This document shows, piece after piece, positions 38,760 to 49,203 of a DNA stretch of 64,000 nucleotides (the first letter of the stretch is position 1; every line of letters begins with the position of its first letter). The position numbers were made by a program, and so were the translations under genes. The notes beneath the pieces are model-generated. The model was given only the letters and a program-made list of their open reading frames with translations. It did not search any database and had not been told where the DNA came from. This stretch comes from a bacterium. GTDB lineage: Bacteria; Krumholzibacteriota; Krumholzibacteriia; G020349025. The DNA lies in assembly GCA_031362565.1 (NCBI GenBank), contig JANLSU010000018.1:1-64000 (forward strand). The letters run 5' to 3'.

Positions 38760-41700
38760 GCGCCCACCTTCTCGATGCGGATATCGCAGGCATTGCCGTT
38801 CAAATCCGTCGCCGTGCCGTCGCCGAGTGGCGACGGCGACGCGACGATGGCATCCGCCTGCGTTTCGGTGCGAATCGTTGCTGCGTAATGCTCGAAGGCG
38901 CCCAAGACCGGCGGCGATTCGGCGTGAAACAGGATTCGAATCCGGTCCAGCACCTGCAGTCCGGCGTCTTTGCGCAGGTTTTGAACCCGATTTACGAGTT
39001 CACGGGCCAGGCCTTCCTCGATGAGTTCCGGCGTCAACACCGGGTCGAGCCCCACGGTCAGCGGCCCGGAATTTTCCACGAATAAACCTTCACGCTCGCG
39101 CCGTTCGACGATGACGTCGTCGCGTTCGAGCGTCACCGTGAGCCCGTCGAGCGCTAACTCGTACGCCTGCCCGGCTTCGATCGCCAGCACCGTCGCGATA
39201 GGCAGCGCGGTGATCGCCTTGGAGACCCGCTGCACGTCGCGTCCGAGTTTGGGTCCGAGCGTTTTGAAATTGGCTTTGACCGTAAAGGTGACGAGGTCTT
39301 CCTCGCGCTCGTCGAAGCGCAGTTCCTTGACATTCAGTTCGTCGCGAACGAGATCCGCCATCTCGGTCAGGGCAGCGCGAATGCCCGCATCCCGCGTCGC
39401 GATGTGCATGGCCTGCAAGGGCTGGCGCACCTTGAGCGCATGCACGGTGCGCAGCGCCCGCCCCATCGACACGGTGCGAATGACGATATCCATCCGCTCG
39501 TCCAGCTCGCGATCTTCCTCGCCGGCCCGATACTCGGGCCACTCGCAGAGGTGCACGCTATCCGGCGCGCCGACGGCCTCGCGTACCGGCGCCAAGAGGT
39601 TGCGATACATCGCATCGGCGAGAAAGGGCGTGTAGGGCGCCAGGATGCGGCAGGTGTCGACGAGCACCGCATATAGTGTTTCGTACGCCTGGCGTTTGTC
39701 GGCATCATCTTCCGACTTCCAGAACCGCCGCCGGCTCCGCCGCACGTACCAATTCGTGAGGTCGTCGACAAAGTGCACGATGGGCTCGATGGCGCGCTGC
39801 AGCTCGTAGGCTTCCATCGATTCGGTCACGACCCGCACCAGGCGTTGCTGCGCCGACAAGATCCAACGGTCGAGCAGGTGCACGCGGCTCGCGGCATGCG
39901 GCCGCAGCCGCGCCAGCGGATCGTTGGGCGCTGCCCCGCCGGCCGCAACGCCATCTGCAAGTGCGGCGGGCACCCAGCCGTCGGCATTGGCGTAAGTCAC
40001 CAGGAATGCGTACACATTCCAAAGCGGCAGAACGATGCTCCGCAGAACTTCCTGCACACCGGCCTCGCTGAAACGCAGATTCTCACCGCGCACGACTGCC
40101 GAGTTCATGAGATAGAGCCGCAGCGCATCGGCGCCGTAACGATCGATGACCGCTTCCGGGTCCGGATAGTTCTTGAGGCGCTTGCTCATCTTCTTGCCGT
40201 CGTCGGCGAGCACGAGGCCGTTGACGATGACGTTGCGGAACGCCGGCCGGTCGAAGAGCGCCGACGACAGCACGATGAGGGTGTAGAACCAGCCGCGCGT
40301 CTGGTCCATGCCCTCGGCGATGAACTGGGCCGGGAAGTTGGCTTCGAACTCGGCCTTGTTCTCGAACGGATAGTGATTCTGCGCGTACGGCATCGAGCCA
40401 CTCTCGAACCAGCAATCCAGCACTTCCGGGATGCGCCGGCGCGTTCCGCCGCAGTCGCAGGCAAAGGTGAGTTCGTCGACGAAGTGCTTGTGCAGGTCGG
40501 CGACCGGCTGCAGGGTGAGTGTCTCGAGTTCGCTAATGCTGCCCAAGCAGACGTCGGCGTGGCAGGCGTCGCAGCGCCAGACCGGCAGCGGCGTCCCCCA
40601 ATAGCGGTTCCGCGAGATCGCCCAGTCGCGCGCCCCTTCGAGCCAATTGCCGAAGCGGCCGTCCTTCAAATGCCCCGGCACCCAATGGATCTGCTGGTTC
40701 GCAGCCAGCATGCGCGGCTTGATGGCATCGATGCGCACGAACCACGTCGTGATGGCGCGATAGATGAGCGGCGAGTCGCACCGGTAGCAGTGCGGATAAC
40801 TGTGTTCGATGACATCGCGCTTGACGAGCTTGTGCTCGGTCTTCAGGCGCCGGATGATGTCGGAGTCGGCATCCTTGACGAACGTACCCGCCCAATCCGG
40901 CACTTCCGCCGTGAAGCGGCCTTCCGCATCGATGGGACACACAACGGTGAGTCCGTGCTTCAGTCCAACCGCCGCGTCGTCTTCTCCGAACCCCGGCGCC
41001 ACATGCACGACGCCGGTGCCGTCGCCGGTCGAGACGAAATCGGCGGTATGAACGCGAAACGCGCCGGTCTCGGCCTGGGATGCGAAGTACGGAAACAGCG
41101 GCTCGTAGGCCACGCCCTCGAGCTCCGAACCCGGGAACTCTTCGAGTACCGTCGCCGCAGTCTCGCCGCCCGCCGCAGCGTCCAGCTCCTTGGCGTACGC
41201 CGCCATGCGGTCCCGCGCCAAAATGTATTCAACGTCGCCGGCCCGTACGCGCACGTAGGAAATATCGGCGCCGACGGCGAGCGCCAGGTTGCTGGGCAAG
41301 GTCCACGGCGTCGTCGTCCACGCTAAAACATAGAGCGGCGCCGTAGCGCCACGCGCGGCGGCTGCCTCGGCGGCGACGCGAAACCGCACCGTGATCGCCG
41401 GATCCTGCACATTCTGATAGCCCTGCGCCGTTTCGAAGTTCGACAAAGGCGTCGCGCAGCGCGGGCAGTACGGCATCACCTTGTAGCCTTCGTAGATCCA
41501 GCCCAGATCCCAAATCGTCTTGAAGGCCCACCAGATGGATTCCATGTACTCGGGATCCATGGTCTTGTAGTCGTTGTCGAAGTCGACCCAGCGTCCCATG
41601 CGGCGCACGGTCTTGCGCCACTCGGCGACGTAACGCAACACGATGCCGCGACAGGCCTCGTTGAAAGCGCCGATGCCGTATTTCTCGATGTCGCGTCGCG

Positions 41701-42013
41701 ACTTCAGTTCGAGCTGCTTCTCCATCTCGAACTCGACCGGCAGCCCGTGGCAGTCCCAGCCGAAGCGCCGTTCAACCCGCTCACCGCGCATGGTGCGGTA
41801 GCGCGGCACGATGTCCTTGATGGTGCCCGCGAGCAAGTGGCCGTAGTGCGGCAGGCCGGTCGCGAACGGCGGCCCATCGTAGAAGACGAACTCCGGCGCC
41901 CCGGTGCGCTGTTCGATGGAACGCTCGAAAGTGCGCTCGCGCTCCCAAGTCTGATTGATGTCTTCTTCGAGCGCGGCAAAGTCGACCTTGCTCGAAACGT
42001 CGCGAAACGCCAT
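38756..42013 (-). CDS. ileS: Isoleucyl-tRNA synthetase, type 2
   Basis: DGPPFATGLPHYGH, GWDCHGLP, WTTTPWTL, DQTRGWFY, KMSKR; type-2 C-terminal extension (EGLARE...RK). Confidence 0.96.
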   Translation of the reverse strand: MAFRDVSSKVDFAALEEDINQTWERERTFERSIEQRTGAPEFVFYDGPPFATGLPHYGHLLAGTIKDIVPRYRTMRGERVERRFGWDCHGLPVEFEMEKQLELKSRRDIEKYGIGAFNEACRGIVLRYVAEWRKTVRRMGRWVDFDNDYKTMDPEYMESIWWAFKTIWDLGWIYEGYKVMPYCPRCATPLSNFETAQGYQNVQDPAITVRFRVAAEAAAARGATAPLYVLAWTTTPWTLPSNLALAVGADISYVRVRAGDVEYILARDRMAAYAKELDAAAGGETAATVLEEFPGSELEGVAYEPLFPYFASQAETGAFRVHTADFVSTGDGTGVVHVAPGFGEDDAAVGLKHGLTVVCPIDAEGRFTAEVPDWAGTFVKDADSDIIRRLKTEHKLVKRDVIEHSYPHCYRCDSPLIYRAITTWFVRIDAIKPRMLAANQQIHWVPGHLKDGRFGNWLEGARDWAISRNRYWGTPLPVWRCDACHADVCLGSISELETLTLQPVADLHKHFVDELTFACDCGGTRRRIPEVLDCWFESGSMPYAQNHYPFENKAEFEANFPAQFIAEGMDQTRGWFYTLIVLSSALFDRPAFRNVIVNGLVLADDGKKMSKRLKNYPDPEAVIDRYGADALRLYLMNSAVVRGENLRFSEAGVQEVLRSIVLPLWNVYAFLVTYANADGWVPAALADGVAAGGAAPNDPLARLRPHAASRVHLLDRWILSAQQRLVRVVTESMEAYELQRAIEPIVHFVDDLTNWYVRRSRRRFWKSEDDADKRQAYETLYAVLVDTCRILAPYTPFLADAMYRNLLAPVREAVGAPDSVHLCEWPEYRAGEEDRELDERMDIVIRTVSMGRALRTVHALKVRQPLQAMHIATRDAGIRAALTEMADLVRDELNVKELRFDEREEDLVTFTVKANFKTLGPKLGRDVQRVSKAITALPIATVLAIEAGQAYELALDGLTVTLERDDVIVERREREGLFVENSGPLTVGLDPVLTPELIEEGLARELVNRVQNLRKDAGLQVLDRIRILFHAESPPVLGAFEHYAATIRTETQADAIVASPSPLGDGTATDLNGNACDIRIEKVGA

Positions 42014-42133
42014 CGATTCCCCCGCGGAATACGCCACCCACGACGCGCCGGCCGCGCCGCACGACGGCCATCATACGCCGAAGCCCGCAAACCCGGGAAG
42101 GCGGCGGGTCAGTCGACGAACGGCGGCGATGCG

Positions 42134-43861
42134 TCAGTTCGCGAGAACGAGCTTGCGGGTGGCTCGAGCGGTGTTCGTGGCGAGGTGCACGAAATACACT
42201 CCGGGCGCCACGACGCGGCCGCGCGACGCACTTCGATCCCAAAGCACGGCATGCGTTCCGGTGCCGGAGTCGCCGGTAGCGATCGTGGCGACGGTGCGGC
42301 CCCGGACGTCGAAGACTTGCAGCCGCGCCAAGGCCGGCGCCGGGAGTGAATAACGAATCACCACGGGCGCTCCGTGGCGTGGCGTCGCAATGGGTGCGAG
42401 TGCCATGCGAGCCAACGGTTGCACGGCCGGTGCCGCGACCGTTGCAGCGCAAACGACCGCGCCGTCACGCCGTTCGACGACGATGCGATACCACGCGAAC
42501 GCCGGATCCGGAGTGCGGTCGAGAACGCTCATCGCAGCCCGCGCTTCGAGCATCCCGGCCGGCAGCCTCTCGCCTGTCGTACCGGGCGCCGCCGAGCGCT
42601 CGACGAACACTCGGCCAATGTCGTCCATCGCCACCGGCGCGAACCGCCAGGCGACGCGCACGCCCCCGGGTTCGCTTGTCGCGCTGACATCGGAAACGAG
42701 AATCGCCGTCGCCTGCAACGGACTCCACTGCCCGCCGATGAACGCCGCCACGGACGCGGCCGCCGCCGTGCCGGCGTGGGTGAAATTGCCGCCGGCAACG
42801 ATGCCGCCACCGTACCCGGCCAATGTGGTGACCGGCCCGTCGGTGCCGCTGCCCAGCGCCGACCATTGGAATCCATCCCAGCGCGCCACATGCCGGGCCG
42901 AGCGCAGTTCGGCGAGAGTGAAATCGCCGCCCGCTACGAGGTCACTGCCGACAACCGCGAGAGCCCGCACCGCAGCTCCCGTCTCGCCGTTCGCGACACC
43001 GACTCCGATTGAACTCCACGTCTCGCCGATGAGTCGCGCGATGTGACTGGCCGGGGTCACGAGATCGATGTTCTCGAATGTGCCGCCTGCGACAAGACTG
43101 CCCTCGAAGACGGCGAGCGCCGAAATCGGGCCATCGATACCGAGTGCAAGCGTGCGCCATGCGCCGCTTCGAAACTGGGACAAGTGATGACCGAGTCCGC
43201 CGCTATCGATCGTTCCGAAGTCACCGCCGATGACGAGAGTGCTGTTGTAGATGACAAGGGCGCGCACTTCGCCCGTGACGCCGGTGCCGACGGCGCTCCA
43301 GTTGGTGCCAATCCAACGCGCCACACCGCGTGCCTCCACGTTACCGGCGTGGGTGAACGCGCCACCGGCATAGAGGATGACATCGGCCTGCGTCGCGAGG
43401 GCGTGCACGGGTCCATCCGTACCGGCGCCGAACGGCTGCCATGCGGTGCCGTCCCAGAGCGCCAAGTGATGGAGTGCCGTGGTGCCCGCATGCTCGAAGT
43501 CGCCACCAGCGACGAGTTGGCCTTGCAGCGCAACAAGCGCGCACACCGCACCATCGAACGGCTGTCCAACCGCGCTCCAGGCCAGGCCGTTCCACCGTGC
43601 AAGCGAGCCCGTTGCCACGCCGCCTGCATGCTGGAAGTTGCCGCCGATGATGAGCCCGCCGTCAAACTCGAGCGCGGCGGCGACCGGGCCGTCGACTTGG
43701 GCGAGCGCCTGCCCGCTCGAGCCGGGGTTGGGATCGGGGCCCGGGCCCGCTTCCGGGGCTCGATCGGCGCCGGCGTGGGCCGGAGGGACAAGGGCGATCA
43801 AGATTGCCAACCACACGAGCGTGCGGGACAAGCGATGGGTGCTTCTGAGCCTTGGTGCCAC
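42134..43861 (-). CDS. Secreted repeat beta-propeller protein with FlgD Ig-like C-terminus
   Basis: About six repeats of GG.F..AG...A.W.G..W..G.G.DG.V.AL; VFDVRGRTVATI...WD...PGVYFV. Confidence 0.8.
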   Translation of the reverse strand: MAPRLRSTHRLSRTLVWLAILIALVPPAHAGADRAPEAGPGPDPNPGSSGQALAQVDGPVAAALEFDGGLIIGGNFQHAGGVATGSLARWNGLAWSAVGQPFDGAVCALVALQGQLVAGGDFEHAGTTALHHLALWDGTAWQPFGAGTDGPVHALATQADVILYAGGAFTHAGNVEARGVARWIGTNWSAVGTGVTGEVRALVIYNSTLVIGGDFGTIDSGGLGHHLSQFRSGAWRTLALGIDGPISALAVFEGSLVAGGTFENIDLVTPASHIARLIGETWSSIGVGVANGETGAAVRALAVVGSDLVAGGDFTLAELRSARHVARWDGFQWSALGSGTDGPVTTLAGYGGGIVAGGNFTHAGTAAAASVAAFIGGQWSPLQATAILVSDVSATSEPGGVRVAWRFAPVAMDDIGRVFVERSAAPGTTGERLPAGMLEARAAMSVLDRTPDPAFAWYRIVVERRDGAVVCAATVAAPAVQPLARMALAPIATPRHGAPVVIRYSLPAPALARLQVFDVRGRTVATIATGDSGTGTHAVLWDRSASRGRVVAPGVYFVHLATNTARATRKLVLAN

Positions 43862-44065
43862 GACCCCTCCTGGGATGAAGCCGGACGGCCGGTGCGGCGT
43901 TACGCGCGCCAGCCGGCGTCGCGCTCAGCAGGCCGCACCCGGCGGCGTGCGAACGCAGAGTCCGGACCGGCGCGAGGCGAGCCACACAACGCCGCGGCCG
44001 ACCGCCCGGACAACTCCTTGGGGGGATGGCTTGTTGCCTGGAAAATGCACCAGAAAATGCCGCCC

Positions 44066-44079
44066 GTCAACCCTTGACA
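44066..44079. promoter_or_regulatory. Back-to-back -35-like hexamers / inverted repeat in divergent intergenic region
   Basis: GTCAA-CCC-TTGAC; direct repeat GAAAATGC x2 at 44041 and 44053. Confidence 0.3.
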
Positions 44080-44356
44080 GCAAGATCCGGCGGGGCGCAT
44101 TTCGTCTCCGGCGGCGACACCGTGGCGTCGAGTCGCGAAACAGTGAAACCCACCCCACCCACGGTACGAATCTGGCACCATTGGCCTCAGCAGGCCCTCC
44201 GACCCGGTCGGTGTGGCTCGAGAACATCCGACCCGCGATGGCGGCGGCGCATCCTTGGCCGCGCCGGAGTCCGGTGTCGGGAGACGCGCCGGGCGCATTC
44301 AGTGTCGGCTTTTGGCTTGGCGTCTCGCTCGTGGCGAGCTTGGACAGGAGGATCCC

Positions 44357-45625
44357 GTGGGCAACGGATTCGATGGGCAAAAAATCTGTGTGCTGGGCTT
44401 GGGTTATGTGGGGCTGCCGCTCGCGGTCGAATTCGCCAAGCGCCACAAGGTGATCGGCTTCGACATCGATACGCAAAAGATCGAGGAGCTGCGGCGCAAC
44501 TTCGATCGCATGGTCGAAGTCACGACCGAGGAACTGCAGTCGGTGAAGATGGAGTACACCACCGACCCGACGCGGATGAAGGACGCCGAGTACATCATCG
44601 TGGCGGTGCCCACTCCCATCGACAAACACAACAATCCGGATCTCTTCCTGGTCGAAGAAGCGAGCCGCATGGTCGGCCGCAACATGGCGCGCGGCACGAC
44701 CGTGGTGTTCGAATCCACCGTGTATCCCGGCGTGACCGAAGAGCTTTGCCTGCCGATTCTCGAGAAGGAATCCGGCATGCGCTGCCCCGAGGATTTCTCC
44801 ATCGGCTACAGCCCGGAACGCGTCAACCCGGGCGACAAGGAACACATCATCTCGAAGGTCGTGAAGATCGTCTCGGGATACGACGAGAAGACACTGGACC
44901 GCGTTGCCGCCCTGTACGGCAGCATCGTGCACGCCGGAGTGCATCGCGCCGCCAACATCCGCACCGCGGAAGCCGCCAAGGTCATCGAGAACGTCCAGCG
45001 CGATCTCAACATCGCGCTCGTCAACGAGCTGGCGCAGATTTTCGAACGCATGGGCATTCGCACCCGCGACGTCATCGAGGCGGCCGGTACCAAGTGGAAC
45101 TTCCACAAATACACCCCGGGCCTGGTCGGCGGACATTGCATCGGCGTCGATCCGTACTACTTGACGCAAAAGGCGCAGGAGTTGGGTTACCACCCGGAGA
45201 TCATCCTGGCCGGCCGGCGCTTGAACGACAACATGCACCGCTACGTGGCGCAGCGATTGGTACGCAAGCTGAACCAAAAGGGCATCGCGTCGGCGAATGC
45301 GACGGTGCTGGTCCTTGGTCTCACCTTCAAGGAGAACTGCTCCGATCCGCGCAACAGCCGCGCCAAGCACTTGATCTCGGAGTTGAAGTCGTACGGCTAT
45401 AAGGTGCTGGGCTGCGACCCCTGGCTCTCCGACGACGTCATCCGCAACAAGTTCAAGGTGGAGCCGGTGTCGGTCTCGGGCCTGGGAGCGCTCCTGACCG
45501 GCGGCAGCGTCCAGGGCGCCGTGGTGACTGCCCCCCACAAAGAGTTCTACGACCTGCCCCTCGAGGCAGCCGCCGTGGTCATCGACATCAAGGGCGTGTT
45601 GCCGGGCCGGTACGACTCGCTCTGA
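44357..45625 (+). CDS. UDP-N-acetylhexosamine dehydrogenase (WbpO/TviB-like)
   Basis: GLGYVGLP, ESTVYPG, YSPERVNPGD, KVIEN.QRD.NIA, GGHCIGVDPYY, TFKENC.D.RNS. Confidence 0.92.
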   Translation: MGNGFDGQKICVLGLGYVGLPLAVEFAKRHKVIGFDIDTQKIEELRRNFDRMVEVTTEELQSVKMEYTTDPTRMKDAEYIIVAVPTPIDKHNNPDLFLVEEASRMVGRNMARGTTVVFESTVYPGVTEELCLPILEKESGMRCPEDFSIGYSPERVNPGDKEHIISKVVKIVSGYDEKTLDRVAALYGSIVHAGVHRAANIRTAEAAKVIENVQRDLNIALVNELAQIFERMGIRTRDVIEAAGTKWNFHKYTPGLVGGHCIGVDPYYLTQKAQELGYHPEIILAGRRLNDNMHRYVAQRLVRKLNQKGIASANATVLVLGLTFKENCSDPRNSRAKHLISELKSYGYKVLGCDPWLSDDVIRNKFKVEPVSVSGLGALLTGGSVQGAVVTAPHKEFYDLPLEAAAVVIDIKGVLPGRYDSL

Positions 45626-45655
45626 GACGGCCGGCCGCGATATTTCCCAACGACG

Positions 45656-45678
45656 ACGGGTGCCCCTGGGGCGCCCGT
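45656..45678 (+). terminator. Hairpin after the dehydrogenase gene
   Basis: ACGGGTGCCC-CTG-GGGCGCCCGT, with T-rich bases shortly after. Confidence 0.4.
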
Positions 45679-46038
45679 TCGCCGTTTTGGGGCCTTCCCG
45701 AGTCATTTTGGGGCGGCCGCGCCGGGGGCCCGAGTCCCCCATTTGGCCCCCCGAATCGATGCCGCGGGTCGCAAAGCCAAGCCCAGACACTAAACGGGCT
45801 TCTGGGCCCCTTTAGCCCCGGGCGCGAAAATGTCCGTCACGGACGGGCCGGACCCTGGTAGAGTGTGGCCGGGGCGCCCTCTCGGAATTGCCGGATGGGA
45901 GCCGCACTTCGGACGAACATGAGTTGCAAACGTTGCGCGAGGTTTCGAGACCTGCAACGCGAGCCGTTTCGTACCGCATGACGACGCCGCGCACGAACAG
46001 GCGGCGTTCCACACGATCGTGAACCGAGGAGTGGATCG

Positions 46039-46416
<378 letters not shown>

Positions 46417-46464
46417 TCGCAACGCGCAGGTCGGCGATTCATCGCACGACGCGCAGGATTGTTG

Positions 46465-46502
46465 AAGCAGGGCGGGCGCCAACGCGTCCGCCCTGCTTTT
46501 TT
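46465..46502 (+). terminator. Rho-independent terminator
   Basis: AAGCAGGGCGGGCGC-CAAC-GCGTCCGCCCTGCTT followed by a T run. Confidence 0.85.
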
Positions 46503-46507
46503 AAGAT

Positions 46508-47659
46508 TTAGAAGATGCAGAGACCGGAGAGCAGCACCGTGAGTTGATTCGTGTCGCGGCTACGGAGATCTTCGAAGACGAGCTTGTCCGAGTGATCGAG
46601 CCGCACATCGGCGCGCAGGCGCATCTGATCCGTGAGACGCACCTCAGGCGTCAGAGTGCCTTCCGTGAGGGTCTGCGCGGTACCGGTCCGGAAGCCGTCG
46701 CGGTCTTTGAACCATTCACCACGGACCGCGACGCTGGCACGGCCGCCGACTTCGAGCCGCGCATAACCCGCGGCGCCGCCCCACACCGCATCTCCCGAAA
46801 CAACGCCATTCACCTCGCGCCCATACACCCCCTCGGCGCCGAGCACGAAGCACGTTGCGACTCTGCAGGTGGTGGTGACGCCGTACGTATGGCGCAGGTC
46901 GTGGCTCTCCCGGGCGCGTTCGGCGCCCTCCATGAATGTCCCGGAACACGTGAACCGGTCGCTGGGCGTGACCGTCAGCTGGCCACCTACCGTCTTGGCG
47001 GAATTGTTGTCGGTCGCCAGATCCCAGCCATTGACGACGAGAAGCGTGCCGGTCACTCGGCCCCCGAAATCGTACCCCGCTCGCACGCCCGTGTGCGTGA
47101 ACGGAATGGCGTAGCCGAACAAGAGGGAGCGCGTCGCGTTGTCGTTGAAACCGTCGTAACCCTCGATCACTTCGTAGCCGAACGGCGTCACGAACTTCCC
47201 CGCATCCAAACGCAGCCCATGTCCGACCGGCGCCACCCAGCGCCCGAAGGCCTGTTGCAGGTCGAAATCCTCGGCAACTCCGTTCGCGTCGCGAAACAGA
47301 CCGGCGGCGGCCGACACGCGCGGCACCGACCCGCCAAAGACGAGATCGAACCGGAATCCACTCGACCCGCGGTCGACTGCCGCCTTCTGCATCACCAGCT
47401 CGAGGACGTCGACCTTCATCGAGTTGTCGTCGAAGTCGAACACCCGCAACGTATTGGTGCGCGAGTCAGGCCGGTTGAAGTTGTAGGACCAACTTGCGGC
47501 GGCAAAGCCGTCGAGTTGGACGCGTGTGTACCAAGGGGTTGGAGCGGCCGCGTCTTGGGCGGCCACGCAATGCGGTGCCAGCAGAAACGCGACGGCGAGC
47601 GCGCCGCCAATGACACCGCACTGCGCCGTCGTTCGTTGGAGCCGTGCAAGGACCGTCAT
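46508..47659 (-). CDS. Outer-membrane beta-barrel porin (BBP2-like)
   Basis: Signal peptide; YNFNRP, DAGKF.T..GYE, PFTHTG, VNGWD, RGEWF.D; terminal Phe. Confidence 0.8.
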   Translation of the reverse strand: MTVLARLQRTTAQCGVIGGALAVAFLLAPHCVAAQDAAAPTPWYTRVQLDGFAAASWSYNFNRPDSRTNTLRVFDFDDNSMKVDVLELVMQKAAVDRGSSGFRFDLVFGGSVPRVSAAAGLFRDANGVAEDFDLQQAFGRWVAPVGHGLRLDAGKFVTPFGYEVIEGYDGFNDNATRSLLFGYAIPFTHTGVRAGYDFGGRVTGTLLVVNGWDLATDNNSAKTVGGQLTVTPSDRFTCSGTFMEGAERARESHDLRHTYGVTTTCRVATCFVLGAEGVYGREVNGVVSGDAVWGGAAGYARLEVGGRASVAVRGEWFKDRDGFRTGTAQTLTEGTLTPEVRLTDQMRLRADVRLDHSDKLVFEDLRSRDTNQLTVLLSGLCIF

Positions 47660-48876
47660 ACAGCCTCCAGGTACGCGGTTTCGCCGTGCAGCCCTTCGTC
47701 GAGGCCCAAGGACTCGGTGTCGCTCGCAACCTTGACAGGCGTGAACCGGTCGATGACCCACAGCATGCCGAGCGTGAACAGGAAGGCCCAAACCGAGGAG
47801 AACAGTGCCGCGACACATTGCTTCATGAAGAACGACGTGTTGCCGAGGAGCAAACCATCGACGCCGGCGGGATTGAAGGTCTTGGTTGCGAAGACGCCGA
47901 GGAGGATGATGCCCAGCAAGCCGCCGACGCCGTGCACGCCCCACACGTCCAGCGCGTCGTCCCAGCGCAGCTTGTTCTTGAGTGCGACCGCGTAGTAGCA
48001 GACGACGCCGGCGATGATGCCGATGAGCGCCGCGGTCGTCGGTGAGACGTAACCGGCGGCCGGGGTGATCGTCGCGAGGCCCGCCACGGCACCCGTCAAC
48101 AGACCGACGAATTTCGGCTTCTTCTCGAGCCTCCAGGCGATGAACAGCCACGTCATGGCGGCGAAGGATGCCGCGATGTCGGTGTTCAAGAATGCCGTCG
48201 CGGTCACCGAATCGACGCGGAATTCGCTGCCGGCGTTGAACCCGTACCAGCCGAACCACAGGAGTCCAGTGCCGAGAGCCACGAGCGGAATGCTGTGCGG
48301 ACCAGTGTCGGCAACTTTACGCCGCCCGACGTACAGTACCGATGCCAGTGCGGCCATGCCGGCGATGTTGTGGACGACGATGCCGCCCGCGAAGTCGAGC
48401 ACGCCCCAGCGCTGCAGGAATCCCCCGCCCCAGATCATGTGCACGAACGGGAAATACACGAGCAAGAGCCACAAGGTCAGAAAGATCATGTAGGCCTTGA
48501 ATGTGACGCGGTTCGCGAAGGCGCCGGTGATCAGCGCCGGCGTGATGATCGCGAACATCATCTGATAAGCGATGAAAACCAGCATCGGAATCGTGTCGTT
48601 GGGCGACGGCGTATCGAGGGTCACGCCGCGCAGGAAGGCGTAATCCAAGTTGCCGATGACGCCGCCGACATCCCCGGAAAAGCACATCGAAAAGCCCACC
48701 GTGTACCAGATGACCGTCGTCCAACCCAAGGAGACGAAGCTCTGGATCATGATCGCGAGGACGTTCTTGCGGCCCACCAGGCCGCCGTAGAAGAACGCCA
48801 GGCCCGGCGTCATGAGCATGACGAGGCTGCAACAAAGCAGCATGAAGCCGGTGTTGCCGGTGTCGAGATGCAGCAT
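47656..48876 (-). CDS. amtB: Ammonium transporter
   Basis: LMTPGLAFFYGG, QMMFAIITPALI.G, DFAGG.VVH, LWFGWYGFNAGS, DDALDVWGVHG. Confidence 0.94.
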   Translation of the reverse strand: MLHLDTGNTGFMLLCCSLVMLMTPGLAFFYGGLVGRKNVLAIMIQSFVSLGWTTVIWYTVGFSMCFSGDVGGVIGNLDYAFLRGVTLDTPSPNDTIPMLVFIAYQMMFAIITPALITGAFANRVTFKAYMIFLTLWLLLVYFPFVHMIWGGGFLQRWGVLDFAGGIVVHNIAGMAALASVLYVGRRKVADTGPHSIPLVALGTGLLWFGWYGFNAGSEFRVDSVTATAFLNTDIAASFAAMTWLFIAWRLEKKPKFVGLLTGAVAGLATITPAAGYVSPTTAALIGIIAGVVCYYAVALKNKLRWDDALDVWGVHGVGGLLGIILLGVFATKTFNPAGVDGLLLGNTSFFMKQCVAALFSSVWAFLFTLGMLWVIDRFTPVKVASDTESLGLDEGLHGETAYLEAV

Positions 48877-49038
48877 GGTTCCTCCCTGCACGAGGTGCCT
48901 TGCGTTCCAAAAAACGGCGTGCGAGCCGGTCGCCCGCGCCGCATCTGTCTGGACGTGGCAGCGTTGATTCTGAAGCGGCAACTGTACACGCCGATGTGGA
49001 CTCGCCGTCAACGGGGACGCGGAGCACGAGTGGGCGCA

Positions 49039-49067
49039 TTGACGTTCGTCGTCGGTTGGATTACTTT
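49039..49067 (+). promoter_or_regulatory. Candidate sigma70 promoter
   Basis: TTGACG-N17-TACTTT, implying a leader of about 130 nt. Confidence 0.55.
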
Positions 49068-49073
49068 CAGGAC

Positions 49074-49203
49074 ACAGGTGCGCAGGGGCGCCTGATCCGC
49101 CGAAAGACTCCTCACCCTGCTGTACACAGAATCACTGGTTTCGCCATTGCGAATCCTGTTGGGCCCGAGCGGAGCGGAGTGCGGCCCAGTCCGGGAGGAC
49201 GCA
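49074..49203 (+). ncRNA. Candidate structured cis-regulatory RNA leader
   Basis: Four to five stems, a possible pseudoknot and an SD-containing hairpin (see findings); folded by eye. Confidence 0.45.

Noticed and set aside
38756..42013. Type-2 IleRS as an acquired mupirocin-resistance gene; T-box leader
   Set aside because: HYGH/KMSKR type-2 enzymes are often housekeeping; no mobility signs, and the upstream gap is too short for a T-box.
48881..48910. Sigma54 promoter upstream of amt (also TGGCAC at about 26824 and 44173)
   Set aside because: GG-to-GC spacing is not the required 10 nt in any of these.
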